DNA of 64,000 bases, taken from NCBI RefSeq assembly GCF_018350175.1, contig NC_058368.1, positions 217,188,001-217,252,000 of the forward strand, written 5' to 3'. Each line of letters begins with the position of its first letter. The stretch's first letter is position 1. The position numbers and the translations under genes were made by a program. The notes under the pieces were generated by a model. The model did not search any database. It saw only the letters and a program-made list of their open reading frames with translations, and was not told where the DNA came from. This document shows, one piece after another, positions 54,697 to 64,000 of the stretch. The DNA is from Felis catus. Lineage: Eukaryota.

Positions 54697-54898
54697 GGGA
54701 CATCTGGGTGGCTCAATCAGTTAAGCGTCTGCCTCTTGATTTCCGCTCAAATCATAATCTCATAGTTGGTGAGATCAAGCCCTGCCTTGGGCTCTGCACT
54801 ATCAACAGAGCCTACTTGGGATTCTGTCTCCCTCTCTCTCTGCACCTCCTCCACAGTCTTTCTCTCACAAAATAAATAAATAAACTTTGAAAAAAAAA
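54697..54898 (+). mobile_element. Can-SINE
   Basis: Full body; TSD-like aaaa(a/c)cttga(g/a)gaa. Confidence 0.94.
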
Positions 54899-55096
54899 AA
54901 ACCTTGAAGAAATAACTCATGCAGAGGTGAGCTACCTGGTTTTGGTTTTGAGGTTTGTTTTGTTACTTATTTTCCCGTACCTTGAGGTGAGATCCTAAAA
55001 GAGCTATGCTGCACAGCAAAACCCAGTGGAAACATTCATTTTGGCCAGAGAACTATGAAAAGTGCCCCTGTGCTCTGAACAGTTTAGGGAGAATCA

Positions 55097-55150
55097 TCTT
55101 CTTCTTCTTCTTCTTCTTCTTCTTCTTCTTCTCCTTCTTCTCCTTCTTCT
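55097..55150. repeat. (CTT)n microsatellite
   Basis: Seen directly; source of the poly-Leu in ORF 55062-55412. Confidence 0.95.
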
Positions 55151-55219
55151 TTTTTTATTTTTAAACTTAAATCATGTTTGGATATCCTGGAATTGTCATC
55201 AGTCTATACAAAGACAGGC

Positions 55220-55256
55220 TTCTTTATTTTTAACTTTATTTATTTATGTTGAGAGA

Positions 55257-55302
<46 letters not shown>

Positions 55303-55474
55303 CAGTGGGGGAATGGGAAGGGCAGAGAGACAGGGAGAAAGAGAGAATCCCAAGCAGGTTCCATATTTGTCAGTGCAGAGCCCTACACAGGGCTCAAAAT
55401 CACGAACCATAGATCATAACCTGAGCTGAAATCAAGAGTTGGATGCTTAACCAATTGAGCCACCCAGGCACCCC
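55220..55474 (-). mobile_element. Can-SINE with an expanded (GA)n
   Basis: Typical body ending cacccaggcacccc. Confidence 0.95.
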
Positions 55475-56091
55475 TGATTTTTTCACTTTTTGAAAGGAAG
55501 AATTGAAAAAGTAATTATGTTTGTTCAGCATTCTCCAAATTTTAATTAACTCAAATTTAATGTGGTGCTCTTTCATTTTTCAAATTTAAGGAAAAAATTA
55601 TCAATAAATTTAAATGACTGTCATTTTTAGAAACATAGTCATGTTCATGTACAATGAATAACACAAGAAGTTTGCTTGGGTGTCTGCAAAACTTAGCACA
55701 TCCAGAAAGTTGTCTCAGTTGAAACCACTAAACCTTCTGAAGGTACTGTATCTGATCCCACAAACTCCTAAGGATAATGGCTTTACCTTCAACTGTGACA
55801 TCTTATTCACTTGAAAGTTCCTCTCATTGACAAATTTTAATCTGAAACCAAATACTAGAGGGAATTTAGGGTAATACAGCACATCAATACTTCATCAGTG
55901 GAAGTCCTTTCACCAAAGATAATTTCCTATTAGTTGCAGTGTATCATGAACGAGCTGATAACGTCCTTAAAAATAGTTCAAGACAATTAAATTTTTATGG
56001 TATTTTATCCATTGAAGATATTATTACACCAAAAATGAAAATATTAAGCAACAATTTCATAAAATTGGTGAGCTAGAAATATGATTAAATA

Positions 56092-56184
56092 GGAGTGCCT
56101 GGGTGGCTCAGTTGGTTGAGCATCCAACTTCGGCTTGGTGTCTCTCTCAAAATAAATAAATAAACATTAAAAAATAATTTTTTA
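56092..56184 (+). mobile_element. Internally deleted Can-SINE
   Basis: Head fused directly to the tail; 15-bp TSD agaaatatgattaaa at 56075-56089 and 56185-56199. Confidence 0.9.
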
Positions 56185-56971
56185 AGAAATATGATTAAAC
56201 AAAAACAAGATATTTTTTTCTAAAAACAAGATTATTTCTTAACTCTTCTGCACTGTAATTCATTAAAATCACAATTATCATTTTGATAATTACATTGCAA
56301 TTCAGAAATAAATTATAATTTGAGCATTTAGGAATTATCACTGAAATATACATATATCATATTATAAATATGCATCTCCTCCAAAATGTTTATACATATA
56401 CTATACATATAAATTATATAAATTATATATATATTACATATATACTACATATTCCTCCAAATCCAATCCTTAGATACAAGAATTTATAAGCCTTCATAAT
56501 TACTTATTTTCTTTTTTCCCTTTTATTTAAATGACATATATATGTATATTATATATAGTATTATATATAATCTTTGCATTTTTCAAAACAGTAATATAGT
56601 TTGGCTATTTCTGTAAATCAGTACATACAGATATCAATATTCGTGAAGGTCACACACTGTATTCAGTATTCTATTATTAACATATATAAATTAATGTAAC
56701 TAATCCTTTTTTAGTAAGCATTGGGGTTGAACTGTTCTTTTCCTTAAATGTTACAGAGTAAATATTGATAAATACATCTCTGTATATTTGGCTTCATTTA
56801 CACATTACAAATGCATAAAACTTTTCATTGAATAGAGTCTCAAATTAATGCAAAATTATGGAATTTAAATGTGAACACATTTCTAATAATTATTTTACTG
56901 TGTACTCTATAAGTGGAGAAACCAGGGATGTCAATATAAGACTTTAGAAAGATAGGATAAAAATAAAAATA

Positions 56972-57205
56972 GGAGCCCCTGGGTGGCTCAGTTGTTTAAG
57001 TATCCTACTCTTTATATCAGCTCAGGTCATGATCTGACAGTTCCAGAGATAGAACCCCATGTCGGGGTCTGGACTGACAGTGCAGAGCCTGCTCTGGATT
57101 CTCTCTCTACTTCTCTCTCTGCCCCTCCCCTGCTCGTTCGCACTCTTTTTCTCTCTCTCTCTCAAAATAAATAAATGAGTATTTAAAAATAAGTAAATAT
57201 ATATT
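56972..57205 (+). mobile_element. Can-SINE
   Basis: Full body and tail. Confidence 0.94.
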
Positions 57206-57219
57206 CAAAAATAAAAACT

Positions 57220-57590
57220 AAGAGCTAACATTTTTATTGTACTCACTCAATGACTTATATTCTCTAAGGGCTTACAATACCTTTACGTATATCAGTGCAA
57301 AGAATCCTCACAAGGAACCTGTAAAATAGGCATGCTATTATTAACCTCAATTACAGAGGACAAAACCGAGGTGCAGAGTGAAGTAGAAGCAAGTATTGGT
57401 CATAGTGAGATTACTAATAGTCCCAATTGCGGCAACAGCTGACAATGATATAGTACTTATGTGCCAAGCATTGTTTTTATAATTTCACTCAGTTACCCAA
57501 TAACAGATAATCTGTTCCGGTAATCAGATTCAGTGAGATAAAAATCATCATTATGATTATTTCACAGGGAAAAGACTGAGGCCCCATCCT
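57220..57590 (-). mobile_element. MIR fragments
   Basis: aatcctcacaaggaacctgtaaaatagg...attattaacctcaattacagaggacaaaaccgagg. Confidence 0.65.
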
Positions 57591-58694
57591 ACACATGCTT
57601 TTATGTGATCTCTTGAAGGATATGGATCAATTACCATGTATTACTCACATCATCAGCATTATCATCCAGAGAAGACATAGCTTCACCCATTTATCTAATA
57701 AATAGTTCCTAAACACCTATGGTACATGGAACTATTTTTGTTTGGGGCTTTTGGACTACTTTGTCGTCATTCTGTATGAAAAGTGGGTGAGAAGGTATAT
57801 TAAAATTTTATACCAATTTAACTACTTCCATGCAGATTATATTCAACTTGAGAAGTTTATATGTTTTCTAATTACTCATAATACTCTATCTTATTTATAG
57901 ATATTTATATTAATTTTCATAGTGTGTGTATATAGATGCCATTTATTGTGTAATATAAAAATCACAACTATTAACAGCAGGGCTATTGGGTTTTTTTCTC
58001 TGAAATATGAGGCTATGAGAGATACAATTTTCTCAATTTTGGTTCTTTCTCTTTTATCAGAATTGTAGGAATTCCTTATGAAGATATATACAATGTACCT
58101 TAGATTCTAATCCACTAATTTTATCTATTCTGGAAAAGAAACATGGATTGGTTATCTATGTTAGGAGTCCATTATAATATTTTTATTGATAGGTCAAATC
58201 AAACTAAGGAAAATTGTAGTAACATGAATTTTGTTGATCTCAAAGGCAAATTATCTTACATAGGATTGGGTTTTCTTAAAAGCAAATGCTAAATTTGTGT
58301 CAAAGAAATCAATTTATTTGAGAAGAAAAAGTTAAAGTATTTATGCCATGAAAATGTGATAAAATAATAACAGATTGATGCTTAAAAGAGTCTAGGCATA
58401 CACAGAAAATATCTTCAACCATATGTGTGTGTAATGAAGCCAGAATATCATTCAAATTGTTTTAGCAATGAGGAGGGTATTGTATTTAAAACACATATTT
58501 CTTATTTCAGTTGAATTTAATTCAATAAACTTTATTTATTACTATTTACCAAACTTTGTGAGTTACTTAGTGAATAAAAGATTATACCTATTTAAGACTC
58601 TTAAACCTAGAGAAAAATATAATTGAGAAAATTATGAGATAAAGTGAAGGGAATAAAACAGTTAAATGAGAGGTAACTCCTTCCACTTGCTGTA

Positions 58695-58797
58695 TTTTTA
58701 TTTTATGTTTATTATTTTTTAAATTTTAATCCCAGTATGGTTAACATACAGTATTATATTAGTTTCAGGTACTTAGTACAGTACAGTGACTAAGCAA
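58695..58797 (-). mobile_element. Carnivore L1 extreme 3' end
   Basis: ttttaatcccagtatggttaacatacagtattatattagtttcaggt. Confidence 0.75.
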
Positions 58798-58876
58798 CCA
58801 TTATTTTTAATAGCTAACATAAGTAGATGGTTTTCCTGTGCCATATGCTTAGATGTACTACGTATATTCCTTTCTT

Positions 58877-59093
58877 TTTTTTTTTTTTTTCAACGTTTAT
58901 TTATTTTTGGGACAGAGAGAGACAGAGCATGAACGGGGGAGGGGCAGAGAGAGAGGGAGACACAGAATCAGAAACAGGCTCCAGGCTCTGAGCCATCAGC
59001 CCAGAGCCTGACGCGGGGCTCGAACTCACAGACCGCGAGATCGTGACCTGGCTGAAGTCAGACGCTTAACCGACTGCGCCACCCAGGCGCCCC
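58877..59093 (-). mobile_element. Young Can-SINE (SINEC_Fc)
   Basis: Many CpGs retained, pure T tract, perfect TSD cgtatattcctttctt at 58861-58876 and 59094-59109. Confidence 0.98.
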
Positions 59094-59732
59094 CGTATAT
59101 TCCTTTCTTGTTCAATGTGAATCTTCATGTGAATCCATTGCTATTACTAGTATTATTGCTATTTTGTAATATCCCTATTTTGTAGCAAGGGATAGGAAGA
59201 TTTGGTGATTGGATATATTTTCCATGGTTTCACAGCTTGTGGGTAGCAGAGCAGGGATTTTAAATCTCCAACCACAGAGATTATAGAGATCTATAATCTG
59301 ATCCAAATCTGAGGTATGAATGATACTTAGTGTGGAGACTGGTAGAATTGTTGGTTCTCTTGCTTGTGCCGATGGTGATGTTGAACAGTGCATGTGTAGG
59401 TGCAGTAAAGATAGCACATATAGAACAAAATAAATTTCAGGAAATTAAAAAAGAAATTTATAAAGATAAATTGTAGTATGTGTGAGAATGTAAGCATATT
59501 TTTTTATTTGAACATGAGGGTATTGTAAGATCAAGTTATAAAGTTTGGTAGTTAGGATGTAAGGTAGGCAATCTTTGGTCGTGAGAGCAGAGAAGACTGC
59601 AGTATAAATTCAAAGAAGTTTGATATCTTCCTAAAAAACATAGGAAATAACTGAAGTGCTTGAAGAAAAGGAGTGGAACAGTCATATCTGTGCTATTTAT
59701 AGCACATTCTGCTCACCATATGAAGAACAGAT

Positions 59733-60110
59733 ATTTTATTTACTGAGGTATAATTTATACACATTAAAATGCATCTGAATGTAGGCACTTGTGTAACTAA
59801 TTCCATAACCCTAAATGTTCCCTCATGTCCCTTTGCAACCAAACTAACCCAACTTTAGGACCAAATAATCAATTATTTTTAGTAGCCAAAACTTGAAAGC
59901 AATCCATGGAGAGGATATTGGATAAACAAACTGTAGTACATTATGCAATGGGATATTTTTAGCCACAAAAAAGAATCAACCATGATGCATGACACAATAA
60001 AGAAGAATCTCAAGAACACTGAACATGTTGCATGAAAGAGACCAGGCAAAAGAAAGCACATTTACATGAAATTCCCAAACATCAAAAGTGATTATGGAAA
60101 ATAGAGTTGT
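59733..60110. mobile_element. L1ME-like 3' end in two oppositely oriented pieces
   Basis: Antisense 3' end at 59733-59870 (tactgaggtataatttatacac); sense piece at 59875-60110 (ggataaacaaactgtagtacatt). Confidence 0.7.
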
Positions 60111-60299
60111 AAGAATGCAAGACTGCTAATGTAAGGAAATTGTTTAGATGGCTGGGCAAAAAAAGCTTTAATTATGGAGGCAAGGAGAGGTTTTTTGGTA
60201 AATAGATTTGGAATTTTAAATTTCCTGGACTGGTACAATAAATAAATAAATAAATAAATAAAGTTCCTGGACTTAGATATTACAATCAGAAATAAAAAA

Positions 60300-60535
60300 C
60301 ATTGCTTTGGAAATCAAGATACTTGAAATTCAGATTTGAAATTTGGTTCTACTATGTATTAGCCATAAACTTCTTAGAAAGTTGTATATTGCTGCGATTC
60401 AGAATCCTATAAACAAACGTTGACATAATTTTTCTCACTGAGCTTTCGTAACTATGGAGTGGCATGATATAATATAGTGTTTAAGGAAGTAACTGGCTCA
60501 TAGTGAACTAATTTCAAGTGTGTAGTAGTTAGATA
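60300..60535 (+). mobile_element. MIR
   Basis: gctttggaaatcaaga...ggttctactatgtattagcc...ctggctcatagtgaac. Confidence 0.6.
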
Positions 60536-60562
60536 TTAAGATATTATTTCACTACTCATGTG

Positions 60563-61318
60563 TTTTGTTTTTGGGTTTTGTTTTTGTTTTTGTTTTACCT
60601 TTTTAACAGCTAAGGAAACTTCTGCTCAGTCTTTAATGGGCCTCGAGAACTGGTGACGTTTTCCCTCCTCAACCTCTGCCTGTCCAGGTGAAATAGGGCC
60701 AGTCACTCTCTGCCTCCATTTGGAGGATGGGATCAAGCCTGGGGGTGGATCAGCAGGCAGTTTGTGGCCCCTACAGCTTGATTTGAATGAGGCTGTTGTC
60801 CACTGCAAATGCCTGATCTAGTAACCTGCTCTGGTCCAGTCAGACCCTCCAGATCTTCTCCAGCACAGTATTGGGCAGCTTGGACTTCGCCATATCTCTC
60901 TTGGCCTTGATCGTCATTGTTTAGTTATTGTCTTACTGTTGACAGTGTTTGGAAGTAGTGACTTGTCCTTGTCCACCACCTACTCTGTGTCATCAATGTC
61001 CTTGCCTGTCCCTTCACTGTATGCAGGCCAAAAAGTCTATTAATGTGCCATTCAAGGCACTGCCCTTCACAGCGTGGTTGGGCATCTGAGAAGCCTTCTG
61101 GAACACCATCACCATCAGCCCAGAGATGTCATTGGTCAGCAGGTCATCCAACATGTCTGGCGGGAACCTAGTAAAGTTCTAGGTCTGCGGGAGTTTCTGT
61201 ATTTTGTAGAGGCTTGGAAAGTCACGAAGGAGCTCTGATGCTCATGCTAAACGTTCTGGTACCCCTCTCCCAGGTTGTTCACTGACTCTTTCTTATTGCT
61301 TTCTTTATGGAAGACACT
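60563..61318 (-). pseudogene. EHD1: Processed (retro)pseudogene of EHD1: 3' part of the CDS, start of the 3'UTR and a degenerate A-tail
   Basis: Manual minus-strand translation gives SVFHKESNKKESVNNLGEGYQNV*HEHQ, DFPSLYKIQKLPQT*NFTRF, DDLLTNDISGLMVMVFQKASQMPNHAVKGSALNGT, AKRDMAKSKLPNTVLEKIWR and GHKLPADPPPGLIPSSKWRQ. These are colinear with the EHD1 C-terminus (NVFGKESKKKELVNNLGEIYQKIEREHQ...DFPSLRKMQELLQTQDFSKF...AKKEMVKSKLPNTVLGKIW...GHELPADLPPHLVPPSKRRHE). Stops and frameshifts are present, there is no intron, the stop-equivalent TGA lies at 60703-60705, and an A-rich tail lies at 60563-60604. Confidence 0.92.
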
Positions 61319-62445
61319 TTTTTAAATAGGAGATTAGAAGATTTCCTTTAAAAAGAGCAAGATAAATGCATCTGTGTGATCTTAAACATCTGTCATTTTG
61401 GTGCACACTTTGGAATGGGAGGGGGTTGTATCTCTGCTTTCATCAACATGGAGAGATGGTAGGAGTCGGGTGTATCTACTGAGATTATTAAAAAAAAAGC
61501 TGCACGAAAGTAAAATTTTGCAATTATTAAAGACCAAGGAAAATATTATCATTACATTTCAGAGGCTCAATTTATGGAGATGTTATTAAAATTCTAAGCA
61601 CATAACCATGTGAGATTAGCCTTAAGAACCAATGAAGAGCTAAAGAAAGCACATCTGTATATATGACCTAATTCATAATTTATTGCATTGGTTTCTTAAT
61701 TTAGTTCACTTGACTCATTGATGTTTAATAGACAAAGGTAGCTTATTTATTATATCAAAGTATTTCTTCAAAAAAAAGAATTTATGATAATTCAATGGTC
61801 TGGACTCAAACCAAAAAGTGCCTTTAATCCCTTCATCAGATGGTCTATCTATGCTGGTATACACATTACATGGGAACTTCAAAATGCTCAAGTTTAGTTA
61901 AATATCAATAATAGACAATTTCATAGCAAGGGATCAAATTGCTAATTGTGCCCTTATAATTCCATTTAAATTATTCTGTCCTGAAAGAAATTAATTATGT
62001 AGAATCAACTACTTGTAAATCCTGCTTTCATTTATGAATTTCTTTTGTTTTCCTATCATGTAATACATCAAAGCTATGAAGGCATAGGTATTTAATTTTA
62101 ATATACATTAAAGTTTTATAGCATGATGGCATTCTTCTTATGTATTTTTATATTCCCAGAAATGACTCAGTTGTATTATTTTTAGTGTGCCCATAAATAT
62201 CGAATGAACGTTTAATGAACCATTAACAGAAAAGTATTTATTTCCTACTGCCCCTAATAGCTTTTTATAAAAAAAAATAATGAAATGAAAAATTGACAGT
62301 CCAATGGGAGTTTGATGCAACATTGGAAAGCACAATACATTGTCAATTCACATGAAAAAAGTAATGACAGAGATGACAGTTAATGCTTTGTAAAAGATGA
62401 GTACATTCTCAATCAACTCTCAGAACATGAAGAATTATTTTAGGT

Positions 62446-62651
62446 CAATGTTGTGCCATGGAAATTCCTTTGATGATAGAAATGTTCTATAATTCTCAAT
62501 GTCTAACATGATAGTCACTAGCTACAGGTGGCTATTGAGCACTTGAAGTGTGATTATCAACACTGAGGAGTTGGCTTTTAAATATGAATTAAGTAAAGTT
62601 CAACTTTAAGTAGTTATATGTGGCTAGTGACAATTGTATTGGACAGAATAG
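62446..62651. mobile_element. MER3-like hAT-Charlie element
   Basis: gatgatagaaatgttctata...cactagctacaggtggctattgagcacttgaa...gtggctagtg...tattggacag. Confidence 0.85.
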
Positions 62652-62939
62652 TCTTACACTGATAATAGGAGTAATTTCCACACTGGAAAATTATCCATAG
62701 CAGGGATTAGTAACTATGATGAGAACCAAATTAATAGTATTTTTCATGTGACACCAGATCAGTGATCTGATTCCTCTTAACTTAAGCACCCAAGAGACAG
62801 TTGGCACATATTATACAAAGGTTTCTCACAAGTCTTTATAAGTATAACTTGTTCATATAATATGATGAGAAATTTTACTTTTTGAGAATGATATTGAGAA
62901 TTGAAATTACTTGCCTTAATATAAATGCCTAGCAGTCTT

Positions 62940-63138
62940 TTTTTTTTAACATTTTTAAAATGTTTATTTATTTTTGAGAGAGACACACACACAAAGTGTG
63001 AGCTGGGGAGGGGCAGAGAGACAGGGAGACACAGAATCCAAAGCAGGCTCCAGGCTCTGAACTTCAGCACAGAGCCCAAAGCGGGCTCAAACTCGCAAAT
63101 GGTGAGATCAGAACCAACTGGGGCACCCAGGCACCCTC
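62940..63138 (-). mobile_element. Can-SINE
   Basis: TSD taaatgccta(gc/ag)agtctt at 62922-62939 and 63139-63156. Confidence 0.95.
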
Positions 63139-63240
63139 TAAATGCCTAAGAGTCTTAACTGAAAACTGAACAAACCCTCCTACCATTTCAACTGGACTTG
63201 ACTTTTTCCCTAGACATTCTTGGTCAAAAATTTAAGGCTT

Positions 63241-63432
63241 GGTGTTCATGGATGGCTCAGTCGGTTAAGCATCCAACTCTTGATTCCAGTTCAGGTCATG
63301 ATCTCACATTTGTGAGACTGAGCCCTACATTGGGCTCTGCACTGACAGCACAGAGCCTCCTTGAGATCCCTCTCCCCCTTATTTCTCTCTCTCTCTCTAG
63401 AAAGAAAGAAACAAACAAACAAACAAACAAAG
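63241..63432 (+). mobile_element. Can-SINE
   Basis: ggctcagtcggttaagcatccaactcttgatt...; (aaac)n tail. Confidence 0.92.
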
Positions 63433-63499
63433 CTAAAGACCAATAAAATTTTGTATTTGATTCAGGGAAATCCTGTAAGCTATTATCATTTGCTTTTTT

Positions 63500-63845
63500 A
63501 GGCAAAAAGCTCTCCTAAGAGGAAAAATTCTGCTCACCTGAGCAAGAAGTTTGGTTATCAGAATACTTTACTTAAAACCATTTCCTGTCTTTGCTTATAA
63601 TCCTATAACTTTTATGTCAAAATATTTCTAGCCCCAATCAGTACCTCACATTGAAAGACTTGTTTTAAACCCACTGGACAGGATGCAGACCATAAAAATT
63701 CTGGAAATATCTTATGCTGACTTCCCCTTCTGAGATCCACTAAGATTCTGTCAAGGTCTTTGTTCATCATACCTGCATTGGATTAACAATTAGTTTCTTT
63801 GATCAGAAAACTTTCTGGTGACCTTTTTAGGGAGTCAGCATTGCA
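63500..63845 (+). mobile_element. ERV1-class LTR 3' part (MER90/MER110-like)
   Basis: ttctgagatccactaagattctgtcaaggt...ttgatcag...ttctggtgacctttttagggagtcagca. Confidence 0.55.
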
Positions 63846-64000
63846 CAGCATTTCCTAGGAATTTTTAGTTAATAACTAAAATTATTAAAATTCATACTTT
63901 GTTCTTTCTGAAAAGGAATAGAGAGAATTGGTAAAGGCCCACATTCAAAATAAGCTATTTTATTTCACTTTCCTTCTCCATAAAATGAGAATACTAATAC

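Noticed and set aside
55062..55412. 116-aa ORF with poly-Leu resembling a signal peptide
   Set aside because: Made of (CTT)n and an antisense SINE (GA)n
1..64000. CRISPR array, operon or other novel multi-gene system
   Set aside because: Mammalian repeat-rich non-coding DNA; no regularly spaced repeat-spacer array or credible gene cluster seen

Overview
AT-rich, CpG-poor mammalian DNA from a cat-family (Felidae) genome, identified by about 25 tRNA-derived Can-SINEs of the feline SINEC_Fc type and a felid-type L1 3' end. It looks like a gene desert or the interior of a very large intron. I find no intact protein-coding gene, tRNA/rRNA gene or CRISPR array, and most listed ORFs are chance or repeat-derived. 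The only host-gene-derived sequence I recognise is a decayed, 5'-truncated processed pseudogene of EHD1 (minus strand, ~60563-61320). The rest is layered transposon debris: L1 copies (two with twin-priming-type inversions, one internally deleted), L2, MIR, an eroded ERVL provirus with nested hAT elements, and solo LTRs. A few repeat-free blocks (~10.2-11.7, 44.8-46.3 and 47.7-48.8 kb) carry RFX, TALE or POU-like motifs and may be conserved regulatory elements. I found no convincing new biological system. Repeat family names come from memory of consensus sequences, and boundaries are approximate unless a target-site duplication (TSD) is given.
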